Assembly (NCBI RefSeq): GCF_900083515.1
Contig: NZ_LT671858.1
Coordinates: forward strand, 690,001-722,000
Length of the DNA stretch: 32,000 nt
Origin: Cuniculiplasma divulgatum
GTDB lineage: Archaea > Thermoplasmatota > Thermoplasmata > Thermoplasmatales > Thermoplasmataceae
Reading direction: 5' to 3'
Made by a program: the position numbers and the translations under genes. The first letter of the stretch is position 1. Each line of letters opens with the position of its first letter. Shown one piece after another: positions 17,139 to 26,544 of this stretch. The notes under the pieces were generated by a model that saw only the letters and a program-made list of their open reading frames with translations, searched no databases and had not been told where the DNA came from.

Positions 17139-17274
17139 CTTTGAACACGAAAAAAGGATCAAAAAGATCAATCATGAACAATTTATGAGTAAAATTAAAG
17201 TTGTTTTTTTTTGTTTGAAAGTAATTTGCAAAGAATTATGGCAATTCTTTTTTAAACGCAAGTCATCACCTGCA

Positions 17275-18840
17275 GTGATAAAATCTCAGTCATTTTTTGC
17301 ATATTCAAGATGCGGTTATTTAAATATAAATGGGCAGGAGATAGAATTTCCATTGGTACTGGACAGTGATAGTATACAAATAAAGGAGGATCAAATTTCA
17401 CTCATGGGAGAAAGTGCAACAAAAAGAGACGTAAGTATAGGAAAAAGAACCATAACCATCGCTGAAACAGAGAATTTCATAGTTCCTATAATCAATCCAC
17501 ATTTTCTCAAAAGAAGCAGGCAGACAGTTAATTTCATCATGGATTTAAAGAAAATCATAGGTTATGACAAGCTCCTCTACATTCCAGGGATCTCGGATCC
17601 TTATTTGTTACCACAACTGTTCATGCTTGGAGTTGACATATTTGATGACATTAATGCAGATATGGAAGGCTCCCATGGGACACTATATACTATGATGGGC
17701 AGAATCCATAATGGGGAAGAAAATAGTAGAGAAAACGGAAAATTCCTTCAAGATCTGGTGTCCTTATTAAAAAAAGGTGTCGAATCGATGACTCTGATGG
17801 AAATGGTTGAAAGATGGAATATAAGTTCAAAGGCAAGGGAGATAATCAGGATGCTGATGGATGAAAAATCAGAAGAATTTGAAAAGGTTTATCCACGAAC
17901 CACAGGATCGGTTATAGCTGGTGGCTTAGAATCACTTGAGAGGCCAGATATAGTGAGGTTTAACAGATATGTGCTGGAAGATTATAAAAAACCAAACAAT
18001 CTTGAAACAATTCTTTTCTTGCCTTGCTCTGCGAGAAAGCCCTATTCTACGTCTAAATCACATCGTGAAATATTTGAGGCACTGGGTTCTCTTAGAAGGT
18101 ACATTAACGAAGTGATCGTTACTTCTCCCATAACTCTCGTTCCAAGAGAGCTAGAAGAAACATATCCTGCTGGATTCTATGATATTCCTGTAACTGGTAA
18201 CTGGTTCCTGGAAGAAAAGGAGAATATAATAAGATCAATTAGATCGTTCATATCAAAAAATCAGTATAAGAATACGATTTTCTTCCTTCCGGAAGATATG
18301 TTATTTGTTAAGGAAAGACTGAATCTTGGTGAAGATTTTATTCTATGGAAAAAGGGAACTGATAACCAGTTTGACGAATTAAAGGCGAGAATATCTCAAA
18401 TTAGATCAGAAGAAGATGTAAGGGGGAGAAGAGATTTCATGAAGGAGAAACTTCTTTCCATAGCAAGATATCAGTTCGGCGAATGGATTATACCACACAT
18501 TGAAGGTCTGAGGATAAACCGTATGTTCAATCAGTTCATGCTGGTTGATGGAAATAAGCCATTTTTTGTGTTCAATGAAAGATTGGGTAAGCTCACAATA
18601 CATAAGAATGCAGCAGAGTTATTCGTAAAAACTCGTAAATTCTTAGTTGAAATTGATGACTTCAAGCCAACAGCCAGTATTTATGCAATGGGGGTGAAGG
18701 ACTGCACAGAGGATGTGAGACAGGAGGACGAGGTTGTTATACATCATAGTGGATCAGTGAGAGGAACCGGAATTGCAAAAATGAGCAAGGAGGTCATGAT
18801 GAATACACATAAGGGAGTTGCAGTAAAGGTGAGGAATTAA
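17275..18840 (+). CDS. arcS: Archaeosine synthase ArcS (TgtA2-like, DUF5591 plus C-terminal PUA)
   Basis: The ArcS signature PC-x3-KPY-x2-S-x2-H is present as LPCSARKPYSTSKSH. The C-terminal PUA-like segment is VVIHHSGSVRGTGIAKMS..GVAVKVR. The track start at 17086 overlaps the IS630 remnant. I place the start at in-frame GTG 17275 (VIKSQSFFAYSRCGYLNINGQEIEFP, resembling the TGT-family N-terminus). Confidence 0.8.
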   Translation: MIKSQSFFAYSRCGYLNINGQEIEFPLVLDSDSIQIKEDQISLMGESATKRDVSIGKRTITIAETENFIVPIINPHFLKRSRQTVNFIMDLKKIIGYDKLLYIPGISDPYLLPQLFMLGVDIFDDINADMEGSHGTLYTMMGRIHNGEENSRENGKFLQDLVSLLKKGVESMTLMEMVERWNISSKAREIIRMLMDEKSEEFEKVYPRTTGSVIAGGLESLERPDIVRFNRYVLEDYKKPNNLETILFLPCSARKPYSTSKSHREIFEALGSLRRYINEVIVTSPITLVPRELEETYPAGFYDIPVTGNWFLEEKENIIRSIRSFISKNQYKNTIFFLPEDMLFVKERLNLGEDFILWKKGTDNQFDELKARISQIRSEEDVRGRRDFMKEKLLSIARYQFGEWIIPHIEGLRINRMFNQFMLVDGNKPFFVFNERLGKLTIHKNAAELFVKTRKFLVEIDDFKPTASIYAMGVKDCTEDVRQEDEVVIHHSGSVRGTGIAKMSKEVMMNTHKGVAVKVRN

Positions 18841-19014
18841 AATTTAATATTTAGTGGTCGAATAAAATTGAGGTCATCAATCAACCTTTGAAAGTAAAGA
18901 TTTAATTTTATTAATATAATACTACCGGAAGGTGGTTCGATCGATTTTTCTAAAAAAGAGAAGGGGCTTTCCGAAATAGTTCTGTCAACTGTTATCTGGG
19001 GTTCTATACCTGTA

Positions 19015-19818
19015 ATGGCAGTGTGGTCATATCTACCCTCCCCAATTTTTGTATTTTTCAGGGTTATTATTTCAACCGCAGTTCTCTATACAATCTTAAG
19101 AAAGAAACTTAGTTTGAGTTATAGATATTTCTCTAATCCATTTGTTATTATATCAGGACTGCTGCTTGCTGCCAATTGGGTTTTCCTGTTTTATGCTGTG
19201 AGCCTAATTCCAATATCAGAGGCTATAATATTCTACTACTTTGGGCCTGTTATTGCTATTTTACTTTCACCACTGGTAAAGGAAAGAATAAACAGTTTCA
19301 ATCTGATAAATGTGATCCTATCATTCGCAGGAATATTGATAATGTCAGCTGGTACAATTTATTTAAATCCACTGGGTTTAATTTCAGCAATACTTTCAGG
19401 AATAACATATGGGTTGCTGTCAATAACAAGTAAACATTCTTCAAAATATTTAAGCCCCATCAATCTTGTGTTCTTTCAGGTTTTAATTTCATCCATAGTT
19501 CTATTTCCTTTCGTTCTCTTTATAAAATATTCATTTAGCGTTAATGATGTATTTATAGCCATATTTTCATCTGTTGTTCAGACAGTACTTGCCTTATTCC
19601 TTTGGTACGATTCCATGAAAAATCTCAATGTTCAGATAGTATCCATCATAAGCTATCTCGATCCTGTATTTGCAATCATATTTGCTCTGGCATTCCTGAG
19701 GCAAATACCAACAATCTATACTCTTATAGGAGGTACATTGCTTATAGGAAGTGGTCTGCTAACCACTATTATAGCACTGAAGGACAAAGATCGTGAACCA
19801 GATATCAATATAGAATGA
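19015..19818 (+). CDS. EamA/DMT-superfamily transporter
   Basis: 267 aa, with two EamA-like halves and about 9-10 TM helices. The frame is open and transporter-like for 39 codons upstream (..KKEKGLSEIVLSTVIWGSIPV) with no canonical in-frame start, so the 5' end is uncertain (see finding). Confidence 0.75.
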   Translation: MAVWSYLPSPIFVFFRVIISTAVLYTILRKKLSLSYRYFSNPFVIISGLLLAANWVFLFYAVSLIPISEAIIFYYFGPVIAILLSPLVKERINSFNLINVILSFAGILIMSAGTIYLNPLGLISAILSGITYGLLSITSKHSSKYLSPINLVFFQVLISSIVLFPFVLFIKYSFSVNDVFIAIFSSVVQTVLALFLWYDSMKNLNVQIVSIISYLDPVFAIIFALAFLRQIPTIYTLIGGTLLIGSGLLTTIIALKDKDREPDINIE

Positions 19819-20105
19819 ATTAACTGAAAAATGCTGTATAGACATTCCAAGTTCAATTGAAGTCGTAGTGAACAATTTGTTAGATTTCTATCAGATATTA
19901 CAAGTCAAACCAGAGAATAAAATTTTGGAGTATTATCTTGCAGAACTTAATGCCTAGACGACAATGCAAAGCTAAACAAAACAATAAAAACTAAGTCATT
20001 AGATAATGGAAGAAAGTTGAAATTAAAGGCTCAGATTTTTATTTAAAAATAAGTGTCTTTCCTTGTTCCAAAAACTTAATTAAGATAGGGACTTTATGCA
20101 TATTA

Positions 20106-23100
20106 ATGCCTGAAATAAACGCCAAATTCATCGCTGTTATAATAGTGGCAGCTATAATACTTGGTACAGGCCTTTCCCTATTCCACGAAACATATAACGC
20201 AAAGCCCTACGAAAAGATCAAGATTCCTCAGATATTTGAGAACGAGCAAAAGATGCTGGCCTTTAGCACAAAAGGTTCGAGCATGAGCCCTGTACAAAAC
20301 GGGACAATACAACTGCATGGGTATATAAAAAACAAATCTGGAAACCCGGTTACAGGAAGAATATCAATTTATGATTTTCCATGGGTAGTTTACACGGATC
20401 TTAATAGTCAGGGATATTACAATGTAACATTGCTACAGTATGGTTCATTTACCATAGGCTACAAGGTAAGCGGATATAATACTGGCTTTAGTAAATTTAC
20501 CATACTCTCAGGTAATTCAAAATGGGAAAATTTAACATTGCAAAAGGCGACCTTTTATAATGTATCAGGAAAAACATTTAACCTTACGGGAGCAAATGTT
20601 CCAAATGTAAATCTTTCATTTATTTCATTTTTTGGTTTTTATAACAGTAGCTCCAATTCAAACGCTGTTTACCATACTGTTCTACAGAACGGTACTTACG
20701 CAGCCCTAACAATTAAAAGGAATTACAATGAAACTCCAAAACCTCTTTTCTTCAACGTCACCGGAAAAGAAATAACAAATCTGAATTTTAAAATGAGGAA
20801 TTTGAAAAACGAAACCTATCTAATTTCAGGTTATGTACGGAATAAATTAAACCTGCCGGTTCCCCTGATTAAAGTTAGCTCAGTATCACTAAGTCGTAAT
20901 TCAACAGTGCGAAGCCTCAGTACTCCATCATTTTTTGCAAGTACACTCACAAATAAATCAGGGTACTATCAGGTGAGTGCACCCGTGGGTATAGACTATA
21001 TTTATGTGAGTGCAAATTATGAATATCTTCATAACTTTTCTTCCCTATTCTTCGTAAATAGAAGTGTAAGTCATATAAATATTTCAGTCGAGGCCAGGGA
21101 CCCGTTTGTATCTCCCACGGTAGTAAATAAAATTAATTCCTCGGGAATAAAACCTATCCCGTCTTTCATGGAGTCAAATGTTTCTAGTTACCTTAAAAGC
21201 AAACTCTCCGATGTATCATACAATCTTGCATTTTCAGATTTCAACAAGGGCTTTATCAAAAATAGGAATATTACTATTCAGCTAAATAACATATTCTACC
21301 CGAACTCGCCACAAAACAGAACGCTCCTCCATTCGCTGAATGTTTTGATAATGGGTAACTTTGAAGGGACCATATACTATACACAGACTAATATAAGCAC
21401 AAGTGGCGTTGCAACTTTTCCAGCATACTATTTTGGATCATACAGTCTTGTAGTTTATGCACCCGGCTTCCTTTACTCCACAGTCTCCATATCCATAAAA
21501 AACCAAAGTGGTCAAACTGTTGTTCCATATATCTCGCTGAAACCACTCCCAGGACAATTTTTTGAGGTAAGTGGATTTACCTTCAACCTTATAAATCAAC
21601 AAAGATTACTGTTTCCAGATATTACTTTGAATGAAAATGGTCTTCTGGTAAATAGCAGTATAGAGCAATCTTCAGGAGGTTCCTTTAAATTTTATTATTT
21701 CATAGATACTCACCAAAATTATGAAATAAATCTAACAATAAATGTGTTCCAGGCCGGATTCTATAATAGCAGCAAGTCTTTCGTAATTAAGTCTATATCC
21801 GGCCAGAAAAATTTTACATCTATTCAGATAGGTTCAAGACCACTCAACTCCATTGGAAGTGGTTTCACTCAGTCATTACTGAGAGTTCCTGGCTATAACA
21901 AGACCCACCTGGAGAATATATTAAAAGGGTCTGTTTCCTCTAACATTTATAACAAGGGTCCCCAAAAGATCAGTGTAAGAGTGAGCAATTTTTCCAAAAA
22001 CAAGGGGAATGAATTCGTTGTCTATTCTAATATAAACGGACTAATATATTCGAAGAAAGTGTTTATAAACAGTACAGTAAATCCAACATTCAACATAAGC
22101 ACCACATTTTCACTATTTATGAATATTTCATTATTTGGTCAGTATTATAAAACTATAAATAATCCAGTCTCAGATGGAATTAGCCAAACTGTAAGCACAC
22201 ACTTTGCTGGCAGGCAAACCAGTGTTGTGAATATAAGTCTGGTCAACATGTTAAATTTCACAGTCAATAAGGACTTTGGACTGGAATATGGGAGAGAATT
22301 CAATGAACAGCTACCTGTTTCGGATCTTTCCTTAAATATTTCTTCCTCATCCATACCAATCATTACAAATAGTGTAAATGAAAAATTCAATGGAACGTTC
22401 ATAACATACAAGCTTCCACAGGGTTCATATAATTTCACCTACAGAGGGCAGGATTACGTGTCTGCTAATCTCAAATTTAATCATAATAACAAAACGGGAC
22501 AGTTTAAAAAACTTAATGTTTCTTCCTACGGACTGGTTATACCAATTGAAAGTAAGGTTAAGGTCTCATTCTTTCTTACAGAAATAACATTTCAAAATAA
22601 TTCATTGCTTCAATATACCGTACCTCCTGGGAACAACGGTAAAATGTTAATTCTCAATCAAATAAACAACCTGACTGGAGTTAAAATGGATTACCACATC
22701 AATGTGGAGGGAAGCAACTTCACGAGTAAAAGTTTCTCCCTTAATTTCAAGACACCATACAATGTGCAGTATATAAACGTAACAAATACAAGAGAAAGGG
22801 CAATATTCAACGAAACTGGTAGCAGGTTTGCAAACAAAACCTATCTATGGAATAATTCAGTAAACCTTGGAAGCATATCGGGAATTATAAAGAATGTAAC
22901 TGTTGAGTTAAATAATCAGGAAGCCTATTACATGCAGAAGTATTCTAGACTGGAAATAGATGGAAAAAATATAAGCATTCTATCTATTGGAGGCTCTGAG
23001 TTCAATAATCTTAGTTATTCTTACATTGGAGGTCAAAAACTTGGAATTGATATTTACCTCGGAGGTTCAATATACTCTATATATGCATATTTCTATGTAT

Positions 23101-23150
23101 ACTTTGGAATATTGAATGTTAATTATGCGAACATGAATGGAGTGGAGTAA
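20106..23150 (+). CDS. Large membrane-anchored surface glycoprotein candidate with carboxypeptidase-regulatory-like beta-sandwich repeats
   Basis: 1014 aa. N-terminal TM is FIAVIIVAAIILGTGLSLF. I count about 49 N-x-S/T sequons by eye. Recurring modules include HGYIKNKSGNPVTGRISIYD, ISGYVRNKLNLPVPLIKV...TNKSGYYQV, VSGKTFNLTGANVPNV and VSGFTFNLINQQ. The C-terminal tail is aromatic and hydrophobic (IYSIYAYFYVYFGIL). Confidence 0.7.
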   Translation: MPEINAKFIAVIIVAAIILGTGLSLFHETYNAKPYEKIKIPQIFENEQKMLAFSTKGSSMSPVQNGTIQLHGYIKNKSGNPVTGRISIYDFPWVVYTDLNSQGYYNVTLLQYGSFTIGYKVSGYNTGFSKFTILSGNSKWENLTLQKATFYNVSGKTFNLTGANVPNVNLSFISFFGFYNSSSNSNAVYHTVLQNGTYAALTIKRNYNETPKPLFFNVTGKEITNLNFKMRNLKNETYLISGYVRNKLNLPVPLIKVSSVSLSRNSTVRSLSTPSFFASTLTNKSGYYQVSAPVGIDYIYVSANYEYLHNFSSLFFVNRSVSHINISVEARDPFVSPTVVNKINSSGIKPIPSFMESNVSSYLKSKLSDVSYNLAFSDFNKGFIKNRNITIQLNNIFYPNSPQNRTLLHSLNVLIMGNFEGTIYYTQTNISTSGVATFPAYYFGSYSLVVYAPGFLYSTVSISIKNQSGQTVVPYISLKPLPGQFFEVSGFTFNLINQQRLLFPDITLNENGLLVNSSIEQSSGGSFKFYYFIDTHQNYEINLTINVFQAGFYNSSKSFVIKSISGQKNFTSIQIGSRPLNSIGSGFTQSLLRVPGYNKTHLENILKGSVSSNIYNKGPQKISVRVSNFSKNKGNEFVVYSNINGLIYSKKVFINSTVNPTFNISTTFSLFMNISLFGQYYKTINNPVSDGISQTVSTHFAGRQTSVVNISLVNMLNFTVNKDFGLEYGREFNEQLPVSDLSLNISSSSIPIITNSVNEKFNGTFITYKLPQGSYNFTYRGQDYVSANLKFNHNNKTGQFKKLNVSSYGLVIPIESKVKVSFFLTEITFQNNSLLQYTVPPGNNGKMLILNQINNLTGVKMDYHINVEGSNFTSKSFSLNFKTPYNVQYINVTNTRERAIFNETGSRFANKTYLWNNSVNLGSISGIIKNVTVELNNQEAYYMQKYSRLEIDGKNISILSIGGSEFNNLSYSYIGGQKLGIDIYLGGSIYSIYAYFYVYFGILNVNYANMNGVE

Positions 23151-23153
23151 TTT

Positions 23154-23732
23154 ATGGAAAAAGAAAGTAGTGATCAGGAAGCAATAAAGCAAATACAGAA
23201 TATACTGAACGGTGAAAAAGGAGAGGGAAAGAAACGGGGATTCTTTAACAGGAAAAAGAAAGTTGTTAGAGAAGAAACACAGATCAGGGTAAAAACCATA
23301 CTTGATATTCCACCACTTGTCAATGCAAGAAGAAATGTTGGAAATAAAGAAATCCTAAAGGCAGCCATGGAGGGAAAGAGAGACGTACAGAAGGATATTG
23401 AAAGGTACTTTAATATAAACTTAGGAGGCAATCTTCCAAACATGGAGAGGATTTATAAGATTCTAAAAGAGTCTAACAAGGATCTTTCTGAAGAAATAAC
23501 AGTAGATCCTGTATCACTTGCTCTGGGTACATCATTGATAGGAACAAAGACCACTGGAGATACTCAGATGAAGGAAATGGCATTAAAGAAATACGCCTCG
23601 TTCCTGATGGAAATATATTTTCCAGCTGTCTATTCACAGGATAATGAAATAGACGGTGAAAGAATCGTATCACAGTTAACAGACATTTACAACTACATGG
23701 ATATAAAAAGACTCTATTTTGTGGATGAGTAA
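23154..23732 (+). CDS. Hypothetical soluble, charged protein (operon member)
   Basis: 192 aa. It starts 3 nt after the preceding stop and has a basic N-terminal patch (KKRGFFNRKKK). I recognise no motif. Coding is inferred from tight operon packing and ORF length. Confidence 0.6.
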   Translation: MEKESSDQEAIKQIQNILNGEKGEGKKRGFFNRKKKVVREETQIRVKTILDIPPLVNARRNVGNKEILKAAMEGKRDVQKDIERYFNINLGGNLPNMERIYKILKESNKDLSEEITVDPVSLALGTSLIGTKTTGDTQMKEMALKKYASFLMEIYFPAVYSQDNEIDGERIVSQLTDIYNYMDIKRLYFVDE

Positions 23733-23736
23733 GTAA

Positions 23737-24255
23737 ATGTCAGTAAGTGCTTTACCTTTTTCCTCATTATCTATTTCGGTCCCACCTTTTTCATTCACAG
23801 AAGTTCTTTACGAGCTGAGTACAGATCCGCTATTATTTCTCGTGTTTCTTATACCGGTCCTGATGGTTGTTATCTATTTCATCATTCTAAAGATAAATGC
23901 GCTGAGAAGGAAGGTAGATTCAGAACCGACCCTAATTCAGGAAAAGGAAACTTTTAAATTACCGGAAGATTACATAAATGAGGAGATGTTGTACGTGCAG
24001 AACAGGGATTATGATCATTTTGAGTTGAATCTTGAAGAAAGTTCCAGAAAGATCAAGGCATTATCGAAATATCTTACTAGGAAGGCCAGAAAATACAGGA
24101 GAATGAAATACCGCATAACATACACTGCAAGCGAGAGAATGAAGAAAAAACTTGCGGAAAAAATGCAGAAGGAATTCAAGGAGATTATGAGTGTGTATGC
24201 TACTATCCAGAAGGTAACCATAGATCTGGATCTTAGCAGAATAAAGGAGGAATAA
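23737..24255 (+). CDS. Hypothetical single-pass membrane protein with a basic coiled-coil-like tail (operon member)
   Basis: 172 aa. It starts 4 nt after the previous stop. The TM is LLFLVFLIPVLMVVIYFIIL, followed by a Lys/Arg/Glu-rich helical region (KYLTRKARKYRRMKYR..KKKLAEKMQKEFKE). Confidence 0.6.
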   Translation: MSVSALPFSSLSISVPPFSFTEVLYELSTDPLLFLVFLIPVLMVVIYFIILKINALRRKVDSEPTLIQEKETFKLPEDYINEEMLYVQNRDYDHFELNLEESSRKIKALSKYLTRKARKYRRMKYRITYTASERMKKKLAEKMQKEFKEIMSVYATIQKVTIDLDLSRIKEE

Positions 24256-24259
24256 ATAT

Positions 24260-25222
24260 ATGGCTGAATTAACACAAACAGACCTTAACAAGGTCAGGAA
24301 CTCAATAGAATTGATAGGTAATGAGATAGACTCCAGGGTGGTAGGTTCTAAGGAAATAGTGAAATTCATGTTTATTTCACTGATAAGTAACAATCATATA
24401 CTGATGGAGGGTGTACCCGGTCTTGCAAAGACAATGCTGGCAAGTGAATTCTCATCTCACCTTAAGGCACAGTTTAAGAGGATACAATTCACTCCAGATA
24501 TGCTACCCTCAGACATTACCGGAAATATAATATTCAATCTTGAATCGAGAAAACTAGAATTCAGGGAAGGGCCAGCTTTCACCAACGTATTACTTGCGGA
24601 TGAGATAAACAGGACCCCTGCAAAGGTACAATCTGCACTTCTTGAAGCAATGGAAGAAAAACAGGTGTCTGTGGGTGGAGTCACTCACAAACTACCAGTT
24701 CCCTTCATTGTCATTGCGACACAGAACCCCATTGAACAAGAAGGAACATTTCCAATAGCAGAAGCGCTAATGGACAGATTCCTTTTCAGATTAATTCTTA
24801 CCTATCCATCAAGGGAGGCAGAAGTGCAGATACTTAACAGATCATTGAGAGGTGCCAGCACTCAAACATATATGGACGTTGATACTATTTTGAAGCTGAG
24901 AGATGAAGTTTATGATGTATTTGTTTCCCAGAGTATTAAGGAATACATGGTAGACATCATGAGGAAGACAAGAGAAAGCAAGAAGGTTTATGTGGGTGCA
25001 AGTCCACGTACCACCGCTAAACTTCTAATGGCCTCAAAAGCATGCGCACTGGTTCATGGTAGGAACTACGTGGTTCCAGAGGATGTGTATTACATAAGTA
25101 AGTATCTGTTGAACCATAGGTTGATACTGAGACCAGAAGCCATGCTGGATGAATCTGATGTAGGGACTGAAGTTGCTTTTAGAGTCATAGAAGAAATACT
25201 TTCTGAGGTGCCTTCTCCTTAA
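24260..25222 (+). CDS. MoxR-family AAA+ ATPase (AAA_3)
   Basis: 320 aa. Walker A is GVPGLAKT (24410-24433) and Walker B is LLADEINR (24590-24613). Also present: ALLEAMEE.QVS, VIATQNPIEQEGTFPI.EALMDRF and GASPR. AAGGAGG lies 10 nt upstream of the ATG. Confidence 0.9.
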   Translation: MAELTQTDLNKVRNSIELIGNEIDSRVVGSKEIVKFMFISLISNNHILMEGVPGLAKTMLASEFSSHLKAQFKRIQFTPDMLPSDITGNIIFNLESRKLEFREGPAFTNVLLADEINRTPAKVQSALLEAMEEKQVSVGGVTHKLPVPFIVIATQNPIEQEGTFPIAEALMDRFLFRLILTYPSREAEVQILNRSLRGASTQTYMDVDTILKLRDEVYDVFVSQSIKEYMVDIMRKTRESKKVYVGASPRTTAKLLMASKACALVHGRNYVVPEDVYYISKYLLNHRLILRPEAMLDESDVGTEVAFRVIEEILSEVPSP

Positions 25223-26544
25223 TGATAAAGAAAAGGGCTTACAGCATCCTGGCCATACTTACAATAGGTCTTCTAGAATCATACATCTATAATTTATATG
25301 GTTACCAGATGCTAACCTTTTTTTTCCTAAGTGGGATTTTCATTGTAAGTGCTGATCTGTGGGCACTAAACCATGGAACTTTTAAGGCGATGAACCAGCT
25401 AGAGGTAAGGAGGATACTGGAAAGAGAAGAAATGAAGAAGGGGGACATGGTAAGGGCAGAACTTACCATAAGAAATCCTTCAAAACGCAATCTACATTTC
25501 CAATATTTTGACACACTGGCTGATGTATTTGACCTGAAGGGCGATTACACAGACAGCGTATATCTTAAGAAGGGAGAAACGGTGAAAAAAACCTATTATC
25601 TGAGCCCTGAAGCAATAGGTAAATATTCCATTGGTCCTTTGAAAGTTATATGTTCTGATGCTCTCGGATTGGGTTTTATAGAGTATGTAGCAGATCTGAT
25701 CAGTACTGCAAGGATAGGGCCATCATCCAAAGATACCTTTATGCAAAGAAGCGAGAGATTGAGCAATGTAATATTCACCAATGGACTGCATATTTCAAGA
25801 AAAGCTGGTCAGGGCTATAACTTCTTTGGCATCAGGTCATATAATGATTCAGACGATATGAGGCACGTTGCATGGAACAGATATAATCTTACAGGAAATG
25901 ATGAACTGTTTGTAAAGGAGTGGGAGGAAGAAAGGCAGATAGATGCCATTATACTAATTGATTACAGCATTGGGTCAAATCTGGGGTATGGAAAGCTAAG
26001 AATGTTTGATTTTATGGTTACAAGCGCAATAAATGCCTCATATACGATGCTGAAGAATCAGGACAGGGTTGGCTATATAATATTCTCATCTGACCATCAA
26101 ATATACATAAAACCATCTTCCAGGAGCGAATCAATTGAAAATCTCCAGAAGAAGGTTGCTGAGATCAGACCTTCAGGTACCTTCAATATAGGTGCTGCTA
26201 ACAGGTATATTAGAAAAACGGTAAAGAAAAACGCAATGATCTTTATGATTATTTCACCCTACTCCGGTAAAAATACAGAAGAAGTTCTACCTCAGGACCT
26301 CAGGATGGAAAAGCAAGAATATATGTACATAATCAACCCAAGAGGCTTTTATGAAACACATGATACAGAAATTATAGGTGTTTTTGGAAACGCTCTCATA
26401 ATTAATGAAAATAAGATCCTTGATACCAATGTTAAATTTTATAGAAAATTTGGCATTGTTGCAAGAAATGTAATAAAGGAGAGAATACTGGTATCACTCA
26501 TTTCGGATTATATTAACGGAAGGGAGAGTAACAGAGGTGCGTGA
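25222..26544 (+). CDS. DUF58 (vWA-like) protein with an N-terminal membrane anchor
   Basis: 440 aa. It overlaps the MoxR stop by 1 nt (TAATG). It has two N-terminal TMs and a beta-sandwich-like region (GDMVRAELTIRNPSKRNLHF). The DUF58 core is GQGYNFFGIRSYNDSDDMRHVAWNRYNLTGNDELFVKEWEEERQIDAIILIDYS. Confidence 0.85.
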   Translation: MIKKRAYSILAILTIGLLESYIYNLYGYQMLTFFFLSGIFIVSADLWALNHGTFKAMNQLEVRRILEREEMKKGDMVRAELTIRNPSKRNLHFQYFDTLADVFDLKGDYTDSVYLKKGETVKKTYYLSPEAIGKYSIGPLKVICSDALGLGFIEYVADLISTARIGPSSKDTFMQRSERLSNVIFTNGLHISRKAGQGYNFFGIRSYNDSDDMRHVAWNRYNLTGNDELFVKEWEEERQIDAIILIDYSIGSNLGYGKLRMFDFMVTSAINASYTMLKNQDRVGYIIFSSDHQIYIKPSSRSESIENLQKKVAEIRPSGTFNIGAANRYIRKTVKKNAMIFMIISPYSGKNTEEVLPQDLRMEKQEYMYIINPRGFYETHDTEIIGVFGNALIINENKILDTNVKFYRKFGIVARNVIKERILVSLISDYINGRESNRGA

